A DNA stretch of 63,028 nucleotides, the filler included, from Lenisia limosa (taxonomy: Eukaryota > Protista > Breviatea), in the NCBI GenBank assembly GCA_001655205.1. It is 14 parts of 14 records of this genome, joined end to end, with 100 filler letters (N's around TTAATTAATTAA, not from the genome) between each part and the next. Parts side by side here need not be neighbours in the genome. Positions count along the whole stretch, not along the records: positions 6,855 to 14,625 come from LPNZ01006716.1; positions 14,726 to 22,791 come from LPNZ01005510.1; positions 22,892 to 24,315 come from LPNZ01009953.1; positions 24,416 to 31,412 come from LPNZ01009638.1; 10 more parts are not named here. One strand, 5' to 3'. This document shows positions 12,701 through 24,519 of the stretch, one piece after another (the stretch's first letter is position 1; every line of letters starts with the position of its first letter). Both the position numbers and the translations under genes were made by a program. The notes under the pieces are model-generated. The model did not search any database. It worked only from the letters and a program-made list of their open reading frames with translations, and was not told the DNA's origin.

Positions 12701-14626
12701 AGGGGCTAGTGAATGTTAAAACTCAAGTTTGTTTCCGAGTTAATTGGGAGTGTTGGTTAATTGAGAGGGGGNNNNNNNNNNNNNNNNNNNNNNNNNNNNN
12801 NNNNNNNNNNNNNNNNNNNNNNNNNNNNNNNNNNNNNNNNNNNNNNNNNNNNNNNNNNNNNNNNNNNNNNNNNNNNNNNNNNTTGTTAAGCTTCACACCA
12901 CCCCCCAAATGTTATTTTGATTTTTATTTCACCCCCACAGGTTAGTATGCTTACAGACGACCACGGCTGCTTCGAGGCCATTTCCGCCCACTACCCCTTG
13001 CCTAATACCAAGATCATCCCTTCTTTAAATCACGTGGGGGGAGGTGTGGATTATTCAGTATTTGTGCAAATATTTGGAAAATTTATTTATAAAAATGAAG
13101 TGTGATTATGAATAATATAGACTCTTTAAATTCAAATTTTGGTACAGAATGTCTCAAGATATTGATTGCACGGTCACACTGATTTTCTTAGGAAAGCAGT
13201 GTTATTTTGGTTCGAGAGTTTCTGAAGCGCAGTCGCAAGCAACTCACTGAGGACAACAACCCCATTCTCGGAAACCAAATGGTGACAGGGGGGGTGGGTA
13301 ACAATTTCAAGAGATTATCATATGGGGGATATGTCAACTATACATACATACTACATGTATTTTTGTTGTTGGTTTGTTGTTTTTCTTTTAAAAGAAATAT
13401 AGCATGATGCATTAAAAATTTTGTGGAATTTAATTAAGACGGAATACAACAAAAACAAATTATCACACTTCATTTGTCGTTTTGTGAAATGGGGTGGCGG
13501 AATTGGGGTAGCGGCGACGTCATTATGAAATGAACTTATTGCAGTATAACTAAATTCCTCAACACATATTCTCCACCTTTGGGAGAGGGTGTGCTGACAA
13601 GGATGATGAGCTTTGTCTTCTTCAAACTTATGGTTCATCTTCTTGGCCGTTTCTCTTCTGAAAATCTCACAACCTTTAGGAGGTGCTGATGTCGAAAGAT
13701 TCCGCCCACTCCCCGCTCTACCTCGTGACAGCTTGCAACGCCTTACTCCTGTGAGTCGTGGGACTCTATATGCCCCCCATCCTTTCACGAGTTAATTTGG
13801 GTTTTTTTGTTATAAATTATCCAATTTTACTAGCCAACAGAGTTGATTTGTGTTTTGTTTTGCTTCATAAAATTTCCAAATTACCCCCATTCCCTAACAC
13901 ACTCATTCTCATTAATAATTCTCCCCCCCCCCCNNNNNNNNNNNNNNNNNNNNNNNNNNNNNNNNNNNNNNNNNNNNNNNNNNNNNNNNNNNNNNNNNNN
14001 NNNNNNNNNNNNNNNNNNNNNNNNNNNNNNNNNNNNNNNNNNNNNNNNNNNNNNNNNNNNNNNNNNNNNNNNNNNNNNNNNNNNNNNNNNNNNNATTTAG
14101 GGTTTTTTTGTGTTATTTATTTTACTTCCCACTCTCACCCCAGGTTTGGAATATTTGAGAAGTTAACTGAGTTTCTCCGTGATTTGCCTGGCACTTTCAT
14201 TGACCTCTTTGAACATACCCTGGAAAGCCTCGAAAAGGTAGGTTATTCTGGGTCATTTTCTTGAGAGTTTTCTTCATCATGTTTTGTTCATTTTCAAACG
14301 TGTGAATGCCTAACATGTTCTCGTGATAAAATACTGAGTATTTTCATTTAGTCGAAAGTCGGTCATAATATGATCATACCACTGTGGGTATAGGTCATAG
14401 GACTTCCTTACGGTCCCAAAAATCTGATTTTCTCGACAAAATTCTCGATAGATTTATTTTAACCGGTATTTTGGACCGTAGGCAAGCCCTAGTCATCATA
14501 TCTACATTAAAATATTCAAACTTGTTTTATTATTTTCTCATCTTACAATATTGACAACACAGGACCACGGAGCAGAGTTGGTCAAGGCTTGCCTGGCGGT
14601 CATCTGCCTCTCTTCTGCTGGAATCN
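9733..14626 (+). CDS. TEP1/NWD-type NACHT (STAND) NTPase, internal portion
   Basis: Exons: GNVTGLEEWEDAVVEDLIT; FVVGRDDIIKEM; PLIVHGEPGCGK/SAIMAELAKRL (Walker A); VITHLCGASPESLNLRNTISRL; IILIIDAVNQMD (Walker B)...LHWIPTVLPPKVRVIVS; SPLYLVTACNALLL; FGIFEKLTEFLRDLPGTFIDLFEHTLESLEK; DHGAELVKACLAVICLSSAG. Confidence 0.85.
12289..12372. mobile_element. MITE family A copy (right TIR partly deleted)
   Basis: TA|GGGATTCCCTACGGTCCC...GACCGCCC|TA, inside a NACHT intron. Confidence 0.7.
14400..14489. mobile_element. MITE family A copy
   Basis: TA|GGACTTCCTTACGGTCCC...GGACCGTAGGCAAGCCC|TA. TIRs and TA flanks are visible. Confidence 0.8.
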
Positions 14627-14744
14627 NNNNNNNNNNNNNNNNNNNNNNNNNNNNNNNNNNNNNNNNNNNTTAATTAATTAANNNNNNNNNNNNNNNNNNN
14701 NNNNNNNNNNNNNNNNNNNNNNNNNTAAATCCGTTTGGGGGGGG

Positions 14745-15204
14745 GGGAGTTACTTTCATATAAACATTCAGTGTCAGTAATGCAAATCCCGGCATACATG
14801 AACAAACGGTAATTATTTACTCAATTTAGCCACATTATGCGTGTTATTGAGGCGTACGAGTCTGTTCTTCCTGACCGTAAGAGGGTTTTTATATGTTGAA
14901 AAACCAGAAAAGAATAGCCCCGATATGTTTTGTTATTGGAGTTGATTTAATGGTGATATCGATAACTTTTCGATATTGCAAGAAGTTGAGTAGAATGGGC
15001 ATTGTTCATCTTTCATCTCTTTTAGCATCGCGAGAGTTGTGCTCATTTTATGAAAAGGCTGTTCAAATCCTCAGAGAGCTTGAAGGTGGGGTGGAAGGTG
15101 GCTTTTTACTGTAAACAAAAGCATACTCCCTAACCCCCCCAGACCCTGCGCTTTCTGAGGTGAAAACAAAGCTGAAGAAGGTGGAGAGAGTGCTGTGGGG
15201 CTAA
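14745..15204 (+). CDS. 3' exons of an unidentified helical (TPR-like) protein
   Basis: GT-AG exons HIMRVIEAYESVLPD, KLSRMGIVHLSSLLASRELCSFYEKAVQILRELE and DPALSEVKTKLKKVERVLWG* (TAA at 15202-15204). Confidence 0.45.
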
Positions 15205-15908
15205 AGCTGAAGAAGGCTATCTTCGGTGCTGCTAATGGTAATGTTGTGTTCTTAATGCATGTTTTTGATGAGTGCTGCGCTTGTATTACAGGGTCAAAAA
15301 CATTGTATTCGCCTCGCCTACTCGCCTAGATCAGTACCTTGTTGCCCCGCCACCACCACACTAACATCCAATCCCAAAGACAAGCCTCACATAGCTTGAA
15401 CCGACTTCGTTCAATGCGGCTCTTGCAAGTAAACTTATAGAAGTGGAATACTCCGATAATAGACAATGCAGAACCCCTTCCTCATTAGCCCATTTCGTTT
15501 GATTGGAGGAGTTATCCCTGAGTTATCCTCTGTCTCTCTCTCCCCGTTCCGGTGTCGTTAGTCGTTCACCCCCCCCCCCTTTTTTTTCNNNNNNNNNNNN
15601 NNNNNNNNNNNNNNNNNNNNNNNNNNNNNNNNNNNNNNNNNNNNNNTTTTCTTCTTCCTTGCTTCAATTGTTAATTATTTAATTATTTCTTTAATTACAA
15701 CCAAATGGGAACAAAAAGGCGCTCCTGCGATCCTTATGGGTACAATAGGAGTATAAACCCTGGTACAAGATATGTGAAGTGTGGAGGAATGGAAAAATCA
15801 AGAGCAATAGAGAAGGAATAACCCCACACTAATCAAATAAGTATAACATTAGAGCACTAGAGCGCGTACAGAACCAAGGAAGTGTCTTCACAGTCTCAGA
15901 CGGCCACC

Positions 15909-16330
15909 AGACGGACAAAACTGACGCAACCTTGCATACCAGGTTGGTTATTCTTACCAATTCTTACTAGTAACGAGCTAGGGGCACGCAAAGTAGACAG
16001 TCTTTTGTAAAAATTTGAGAATATATTCGTTGAACGGGTTGAACGGACAAAACGGATTTGCTTTGTTCTGGAGTTTGTGGAGCTGTTTCAGCACCTTAGG
16101 GTCTCTACTCTCTGTTGTTGTCTGTATGTCTGTTACTTTGTACTCTAATGTTTGATAATTTAGAGCCCACAAAAAACCAAGAAAGCCAAGAGCAGTCTCT
16201 TTGAAGCAGACGGACAAAACTGACACACCTTGCATCTTGCATACCAGGTTGGTTATTCTTACGCAAAGTAGAAAGTATTTGTGGAAGATTTTGTAATTTT
16301 GTTCAATAAACATATTCGTTGAACGGAGAA
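15909..16330 (+). repeat. Pair of ~120-bp imperfect direct repeats
   Basis: GACGGACAAAACTGAC...GCATACCAGGTTGGTTATTCTTAC...CGCAAAGTAGA...ATATTCGTTGAACGG at ~15909-16040 and ~16209-16327. Confidence 0.75.
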
Positions 16331-16794
16331 AACGGTCTTTTTGGAGTTGGGGTTTTTGGAGTTTTTTTTTTTTTTTTTTNNNNNNNNNNNNNNNNNNNNN
16401 NNNNNNNNNNNNNNNNNNNNNNNNNNNNNNNNNNNNNGATATTTTTCGAGGATTTATATTGGATTCAGTCTTAATTGGAACCGAAATTGAAGTTCATGTT
16501 ATTTTGTTAACTGTTACACTACTATTATAATACATTTTTATCAAATTGTCATAATGGGAGACAACATATCATCATCATCATTTATGTTTAGGTTAAGGGC
16601 GCGATTGGTTTTTAGGTGTTGATTAAACAAAGTTCTATATTTTAAGTGAGCGATTGATAAATAAATATTTTAACTATTATAAAATGAATAATAAATAAAT
16701 ATAATTATTTTAGTTTTATTTAAAAAAGCAAAACAAAAACAAAAAAAAAACAATCGCCCTTACTCTTAGATACTTCGACAACATATGTGATATA

Positions 16795-16872
16795 CACTGA
16801 CCGCGAGAAGTCCTGACATAGATGACTAATGAAAAAGCTCAATATCCGTGTCTGGACTTATCATGGTCAGTG
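16795..16872. mobile_element. Tc1/mariner-like MITE, CACTGACCGCGATAAGTCCTGACAC subfamily
   Basis: TA|CACTGACCGCGAGAAGTCCTGACA...GTGTCTGGACTTATCATGGTCAGTG. A second copy at ~51781-51852 has matching TIRs GATAAGTCCTGACACGA/TCGTGTCAGGACTTATC. Confidence 0.7.
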
Positions 16873-16933
16873 TGTCAAAACACCATCATTACTATTTCAG
16901 AGTTCTTCTCTCACTCACCTTTTCTAGGGCAAA

Positions 16934-19900
16934 ATGACAAAGAGCTGCAGGGTGAATGAACTCAAAAAAGGGAAAAATTATATGGAAGTGGTTCTCAGCG
17001 TATCCAACTGTAGTGTATGAGGGAGTAGTGTGTATGTGTGCGAAAATGGTCCACAAGGTACGCGCTAGCTATCTCTTTTCTTTCAGCAATCTGATTAATT
17101 ATTTCTTGAGTTTCACTTTCGGTTCCAAAAAAGACTGAATCCATGATTATTAAACCTCGATAAAATATCAATATTTGTCTTTTTGAAAGTGACATTCTAA
17201 TTATTAGGAACGACAAATCGCCAAAAATAATTCACCATTCGTCAAATTTACAGGAGTAGATGAGGTATGGAGCTTATTATATTCGATGACATTTATCATC
17301 CTACACTAAGGGTGGTCATCCAATATGATATACTCAATTTTGAAATTTTTGATCCACAGAATACGTCATAAAAACACTGTTTTCAATGAATTGTTTTCGC
17401 AACATAGCTACATGTATTTTCGATCTTGTTAGTCATTTCAAGGTAGTCGTCGTCAATGGCAAACCATTGAATATCAAAAATATCATTTTCTGTGGCTTTA
17501 CGACATGGATTTTTGCATAATCCGAAGTATTTCGATAAACATATATGATATACTACATATCATATATATTCTTTATAATATAGTACATATAGTATACCCC
17601 ATGCCCAACTGGTGTATCATATATTGTTTATATTTTTTGGTTGCAGGTGTGACCCCCTTGAAAAACTTACATCTTATACAATACATTTACAGTTTATATA
17701 CCGGTATATATGATATATATTACTACATGTATTATATATTACATGTAATACATATAGTATGATATATTTATACATTCATATGAAATACTTACAGTATTAC
17801 ATATCATAGTATATCATATATGATATGTATGTATGTATATATATCATATGTAATATGTTGGATAACCATCCTAACCTCCAAGTTGGGAAATGAAATTGAT
17901 GTCTGTGTGTTTGATGACGAAGCTATTGATAAACTGAAACTTGTGGGTGATAAGAAGGTTGGTGGGCGTCTTGTTTCATATATAGTATCTATATTATCGA
18001 TATCAATAAATCTAGGGAAACTTAACAATGTACCAACCGTCTCATATACAATATTATACTTACGACCCAGTGTAATTAATTTTTTGAGCAAATTAATTGA
18101 CAAAATTGGAAAATAAAGTGGCTGAAATGTATTCCTGGTTACAATATGTCGCGCTTCAATTTTTGCAATTATTTTTCAATAAATTGCAGGGAGTCATAAT
18201 TATGCGCTTCATTCACCAATCATGTTAAATGGCTCTTTCCCATTTGATTATTGCCATGTTCCCCGTTTGTTATGTTTATTTGGTGGTATCCTAGATATAT
18301 TGAATAATGCAGTATTATTCTTTTGTTGTGGTTTGGGTTTGTTGTCTTGTACAATGAAAATCAACCTCTAGACTTCTCTTTATAACCTTGTTTTTATCTA
18401 GGCCTCAAGAGTCAAAATTTTCAATCCTTACGTCAATCCTAAAGAATGCATCATAACTGTGAACCAGAGAGACATATTAAAAATTAAACCGATTTCATTT
18501 GAAGAGTTTGGGGGAAGACAACTAAATTCAATATATGCATATAGTATACGTATTATATTTTCATTTTTATTTGTAGAACCTCCCAGTACGACCATCCACA
18601 GATCCACAGCCAAGTTAGTGCATTTTAACAGTTTTTCTGTGTATTCTATTCGAAACTAATATTTTAGGAAAGCAACCAGATTGTTCAATCCCAGCCTGAA
18701 TTCCCTTCGGTTTATGGTAAGCTTCTCTTTCTTTGCAAGATTAAATTTTGATTTGACATTATCTAGAATACTATGAACAAGGTCAACGAGTGTTTCACAG
18801 CCAAGTTAGTGCATTTTGACAGTTTTTTTGTGTATTCGCAACTAATATTTAGCCTTCTCAAGAGAAACATAATCACGCAAAGAACAAATCTATCTCTCTC
18901 CCTTCGGTTTGTTGAATATGAGGATAATCATTTTAGGATGATGATGAAGTCGCTCTGGAAGAAGTACGTATGGGTGAAATATAAAGGATAAAAACGGAAG
19001 CAAATAGTATATTTTTTACAACAATCGAAATAAAATATAATCAAACACTGTTGTCTTCTAATCCTCTTCGGAGCTATTGTCGGATCCTTTTAGATCCGAA
19101 GGATCCGACTGTAATGAGCTGACTGGATCCTATTGTCGTGTCTGAATCTTCATATATTTTCCTAATTTCGGATCTAAAACCGGATAGGATATTCGGAAAG
19201 TAAGCCCTAATCATAACGAACCTGTACAATGCCGTTATGTGATGTTAAGCTTCTCTTTCTTTGCAAGATTTAATTGTGATTTGATCTAGGATCACAATTC
19301 TGTCAACAACTAGGGCTTTCTTTCTCTATATTCGATCCGGTTTTGGATCCAAAATTAGAAAAATAATATGAAAATCAAGAACCAAAATCTACTTTTGGAT
19401 CGATCCAAAAGGATCCGACAATAGATTCGAAGACATCAACAGTGTTTGACTATAATTTATTTCAATTGTCTTATCATGTTATTTGCTTCCTTTTGCACCC
19501 TTTTTATTTCATCTATACCGGAATACAGTTTATTTAATTTCAATTTATGATATATTATGTTGACATGGATACCTTATTATAACCTATCTGACTTACCCGG
19601 ATCGGGGTCCGATCCGAGAGATCCGTTTGATATTTTGAGAATCCGCCAGGATCCAGCCCTCAAAAACCCAGGATCCGGATAGTGCATTGTGACAGTTTTT
19701 CTGTGTATTCTATTCGCAATTAATATTTAGCCTTCTCAAGAGAAACATAATCACACAAAGAACAAACCTATCTTTCTCTCTTCGGTTTGTGAAATTTGAG
19801 AATTATCATTTTTAGGATGATGATGAAGTCGCTCTGGAAGAAGTATGTACCTTCACTTTTTTTATTATTATTTTGTAACTTTTCACTTTTAGGAAAACCC

Positions 19901-22493
19901 AATTGTTAATCAGCATAACGAACCTTTACAATGCCGGCTTGTGGTGTCAGAAAACACTTCTTGTCTTGATAGTAAGCTTCTCTTTCTTTGTAAAATTTAA
20001 TTTTGATTTGACTTCATCTAGGTTCACAAGTCAATCAAAAAATGGAAGCAAGTGAGGTTAGGTCTGCTTTGGAAAATCATGTGTAGGACAAAGAATTTCA
20101 AAGAATCGTCCAAGAGTTTGAACAATTTGTACAGTCACTTGATTATCACTACGGCTGTGATGATACGCAGCAGAACACAGATCAAAGAAATAACATAATG
20201 AGAACAAGGGTCTCACATGACCAACTTCCGCCACGTAATGAAGATGTGAACTGCTCAAATGAAAGCCAAGGAATCCTGATTGTTCCAGAGAGATCAGCTA
20301 AACAGAGTGTCATAAAGTCCTTTGATTACCAACGCATCTTCATGGAAATTGTCTCTAAAAAGTTTCCTGAGAGAGGTAGGTGGGTGACGACGTATACTTA
20401 TCAATATTTACTCTGAAATATTAAGATGATAAGGGTGGGCATCATATAGGTATAGGTATATCATATATACATGTATATATATATATATATATATCATATA
20501 TGTATCTGTTTCAGTTTTCCCACGGGGGGGGGGGGTNNNNNNNNNNNNNNNNNNNNNNNNNNNNNNNNNNNNNNNNNNNNNNNNNNNNNNNNNNNNNNNN
20601 NNNNNNNNNNNNNNNNNNNNNNNNNNNNNNNNNNNNNNNNNNNNNNNNNNNNNNNNNNNNCGCTTTTAATCACGCTTTTTTTTTTCATGGGGTCATGGGG
20701 TCCGGCCAAAAAACTTATATATATATACTATTGGATGACCACCCTAAGACCCCTTTGTCTAGAAAATATTTCACCACCGTCTCATAATCCAAAAGAGATT
20801 GCTAATATGTTAGTGATTTGAGTAAATCGCTAAAGCTAATCTTGTGAACCTATATACTCTACCCTCCCCCATAATTACCTTTTATTAATTATTTCTTACC
20901 ACCCAGATTCCAGTCTTTTGACTTCAAGTATTTTGAACGAAAGACGTTGTCCAACTCTGAAAACGTTAAAGAGAATGACCAAAAAAGATGGTATTCAGAG
21001 AACAGCTGGTTTTCAGAGAAAATCCCGCAAAAGGCCTGTTGATCCAGAGGCACCCCAGGCCGAGGTACACTTTGAACAAACTACTCGGCGTAGAAGACAA
21101 GCCGGCCAGCCACTATCAGAAGCTACAATGGAGGTACACTTTGAACAAACTACTCGGCGTAGAAGACAAGCTGGCCAACCACTATCGGAAGCTACAACGG
21201 ATGTACACTCGGAACAAACTACTCGGCGTAGAAGACAAGACGGACAGCCACTATCAGAAGCTACCATGGAGGTACACTCGGAACAAACTACTCGACGTAG
21301 AAGACAAGCCGGCCAGCCACTATCGGAAGCTACAACGGATGTACACTCGGAACAAACTACTCGGCGTAGAAGACAAGACGGACAGCCACTATCGGACCAA
21401 AGGGATATTGCGTCAGTCAAAGAGCAATCCCCAACCCAGGTTTTGGGCATTGAACACATGTCTTATCATACGATATCATACGTTACAATGTTGAACAAAC
21501 TGTTTTCAAAAATAATTTTGTTTTGTTTGATATGGAGAATCTTTTGCAGATTTTTAAGTTACCATAATATTGGTCATTATCAGTCACACAAAGCGTCCGG
21601 TGGAAGTAACTAGTTTTTAGGCATCCAATTACGACGATCTTGAAAATGGGCCAAAAAATAGTCATGTAGATCGTCCTTCAACTATCTCTCAACCTCTCAG
21701 TATGTTTTTAATGATCATCGTATTTGTTTATTTTGAACAATGGTGTTAATGGAGTTGGTGTGGATTTGGACTTTCTACAACATTATCATTTCGTTATATT
21801 ATAAGCTATTGAATATCATCTCCAATACTTGTAGGTCAAGAACCATTATTGGGACCAGAATCAACGGAAGAATGCTCTCAGAATCCACGGCAGAATGAGG
21901 TATTTAATTATCAAATATTAAGGAAATAGTTTTCATCCTAAAATTGGTTTTTTGAAAAACAATATGAGCCTTTTATTAATCATCTTCGTCTTAATATCAC
22001 CTTATCACATTATCATATTTAACCCTTCAGGATGATCAACACGATGCTTCGGATCAGCCTGGTTGGATTCTTTCCATTATATTTGTGCTGGAAAATTTTA
22101 ATCGCTGTACTTATTGATCTCTGCATGTACATCATATTGCATATAATGAAATGGCATATTACAAAGGAGTATAATTTGGCTGGAGCTCACTGGAGATATT
22201 TATTAGAGTGGCGTCATTTCGGTTCTACGAAATATCAATGTTATATATATTGGGATACAGTCTTTTTTTTGAACCGGATTGTGGCCGACCCCCTCCTTTG
22301 TTATTTTGAGCGTGTCTCTATAATATTTGTTTTGGAATTGTATTTACTTTCTCTCATTTTCAATTCTAGTAGTCCAAGATGAGACGGAAGAGAATGCCAC
22401 GCAGGAGGTGAGTGACTACTTGACCTTGTATTAGTATCACTTTATCATATTTAACCCTTCAGGATGATCAACGCGATGCTTCGGATCAGCCTG
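16934..22493 (+). CDS. Low-complexity gene built from micro-exons and internal repeats; 5' part possibly OB-fold-like; model uncertain
   Basis: Canonical AG/GT-bounded micro-exons (DDDEVALEE twice, DDQ(H/R)DASDQP twice, VQDETEENATQE, QEPLLGPESTEECSQNPRQNE), plus a long repeat exon near 20910-21430. Confidence 0.45.
17540..17850. repeat. Degenerate (CATAT/ATATG)n low-complexity tract
   Basis: AT-rich 5-mer-type periodicity. Similar tracts at ~5890-5960, 20445-20500, 22680-22740, 30595-30650 and 62375-62440. Confidence 0.75.
18968..19207 (-). mobile_element. GGATCC-rich MITE (family C), truncated copy, inverted relative to 19313-19659
   Basis: Ends ...AAGCCC|TA. Its reverse complement aligns with 19313-19510 (shared blocks AAAAGGATCCGACAATAG, AACAGTGTTTGA, ATTTGCTTCC). 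Confidence 0.7.
19313..19659 (+). mobile_element. GGATCC-rich MITE (family C), ~347 bp
   Basis: TA|GGGCTTTC...GGATCCAGCCC, with many internal GGATCC/GATCC sites. The GGGCT/AGCCC termini are the same as in families A and B. Confidence 0.7.
21062..21397 (+). repeat. Coding tandem repeat, 69 bp (23 aa) x ~5
   Basis: Unit (E/D)VH(F/S)EQTTRRRRQ(A/D)GQPLSEAT(M/T) in ORF 20918-21613. Head-to-tail with no spacers. Confidence 0.92.
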
Positions 22494-22544
22494 GTTGGAT
22501 GATTTCCCTTGTCTTTGTGCCTGGTAAATTTTTATGATTATTAA

Positions 22545-22680
22545 AAAGTGATTACACAGAGTTGTTAGGCTATTGATTAGGTGAATTACTATTTAAAAGT
22601 ACATTAATCCAATATGTCTTATAAGCGTGACGCTTCGGCTAGATACAACCTTATTTTTTTTTCTCATCTCCAATATACAT
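22545..22680 (+). mobile_element. 5'-truncated copy of the SINE-like repeat
   Basis: ACACAGAGTTGTTAGGC...AATCCAATATG...ATAAGCGTGA...CTTCGGCTAGATACAACCTTATTTTTTTTCTCAT matches the reverse complement of 52315-52430. Confidence 0.7.
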
Positions 22681-22891
22681 AATATATACTATGTATGATA
22701 TGATATATTATATCATATAGCTATATGTATTATATATAGGTGACCCCACATAACCGTACCCAGCCACATAACCGTACCCACTTTCATAAAANNNNNNNNN
22801 NNNNNNNNNNNNNNNNNNNNNNNNNNNNNNNNNNNTTAATTAATTAANNNNNNNNNNNNNNNNNNNNNNNNNNNNNNNNNNNNNNNNNNNN

Positions 22892-24285
22892 CGGTTTGAA
22901 GCGATCTGGAGGGGAAGGAGGTTAGTGTGTATATGTGTGTGTCGACATTTGAGATCAGAGAATCAGTGTGATTGAATGCTTTATTGAGTATTAATTATAA
23001 AAAGAGTTTTATATCCACCCCCCACCTTCCTTCAGAATATTAAAAGCGTGGGCACGGAAGTATGGTAATTTGTTTATGGTATTACTAATATTTGTTTTCC
23101 TAGATTTAAGGTCTATTATTTCTCTTGTTCCCAAAAATTAAAATATGATATATAAATGAACAACACTCCCATCTCCAACAGTGCATATATTATATACCCA
23201 TCTCACCTCCTTCTGAGCAACAGCCTCATTGAGGTCATGCCGCGACTGGCTCAAATCGGCTCTAAGCTCCTCCGCCTCCTGGGCTGCCGCAGCCTTGTGT
23301 GACGTCATGGATTCAAGTCTGGGGGGGGGGGGGTAANNNNNNNNNNNNNNNNNNNNNNNNNNNNNNNNNNNNNNNNNNNNNNNNNNNNNNNNNNNNNNNN
23401 NNNNNNNNNNNNNNNNNNNNNNNNNNNNNNNNNNNNNNNNNNNNNNNNNNNNNNNNNNNNNNNNNNNNNNNNNNNNNNNNNNNNNNNNNNNNNNNNNNNN
23501 NNNNNNNNNNNNNNNNNNNNNNNNNNNNNNNNNNNNNNNNNNNNNNNNNNNNNNNNNNNAAGCCCCCATCCCTCACCCCTCATCAATAGATTTTAATCAA
23601 ACCCGCACTCTCTTTCATATAAAAAGAACAGTATACAATCCCAAAAAAAAGACAGACTTCTCAAGAAATCCTCCCATTAATCAGTCTAATGAACCAAAAG
23701 TAAAGCTCTCACTAATAATAATACTCTCTCTCGCACCTTGTCTGGAGGTCCTCAGCGAGGGAAGCGGCTGCGGCTGTTTGGAGTTTTGCGTGCTGCGCAT
23801 TGTTTTGCGCCGCATCAACTTGCGATCGGAGGTCCTGAGGGGGGTAAAAGGGGGAAGGGAGATATGTTGGTTATGGTATCCTTATGGATATTTCTGATAT
23901 CCACTGTTTCATTTTTTTATTATCTGGTACAGGAAACTGTTGCAAAAATAAAAATAAAAAGAAAACAGAAAACGAAAACGAAAAAAGGAACGTAAAAGAC
24001 AAAAAAAAATTCCAAGAACGGCGATACGATTGGGTGCTATGCCAAGGCTTGTACTTCACTTCGGTTCGAAAAAGTCACGTAAAATATCGATATTTATCGA
24101 AGATTTATCGCAGTCTTTTTTTGTAACCAAAGTGAAGCCGTAGCCAGGGCCTGAAATCTTCCCTACATCCCGAACATACCCTCAGGTCGTCCTGCGACTG
24201 GGCCAAGGCCTGTGCAGCAGCCTCCTCACGAAGTCTCAGATTATCGATGGCCAGTTGCTTCCGCTCAATATCGGCCTGGGTTGGT
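22892..24285 (-). CDS. Coiled-coil protein, internal exons
   Basis: AG/GT exons ADIERKQLAIDNLRLREEAAAQALAQSQDDLR, DLRSQVDAAQNNAQHAKLQTAAAASLAEDLQT and LESMTSHKAAAAQEAEELRADLSQSRHDLNEAVAQKE, with heptad-like composition. Confidence 0.6.
24051..24140. mobile_element. MITE family A copy
   Basis: CTTCACTTCGGTTCGAAAAAG...CTTTTTTTGTAACCAAAGTGAAGCCG|TA, with the internal AAATATCGATATTT palindrome. Confidence 0.75.
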
Positions 24286-24519
24286 GACGGGAGAATAGTG
24301 AATGGGGGGGGGGGGNNNNNNNNNNNNNNNNNNNNNNNNNNNNNNNNNNNNNNNNNNNNTTAATTAATTAANNNNNNNNNNNNNNNNNNNNNNNNNNNNN
24401 NNNNNNNNNNNNNNNAAAGTTGTTGTGGATGTTGCAAAAGGATTGAAAAAGGTTTGAATCTTGCTCTTTGTGATAGTTTACTCTTTAGCATTGTATAAAA
24501 ACTCATGTTTCCCTATTGG

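Noticed and set aside
21062-21397. CRISPR-like regular repeats
   Set aside because: The units are head-to-tail with no unique spacers, are 69 bp (in frame), and lie in a eukaryotic exon.
21013-21459. Cys-rich minus-strand repeat ORF (metallothionein-like)
   Set aside because: It is the antisense reading of the 69-bp repeat. The flanking micro-exons and splice signals are on the plus strand.
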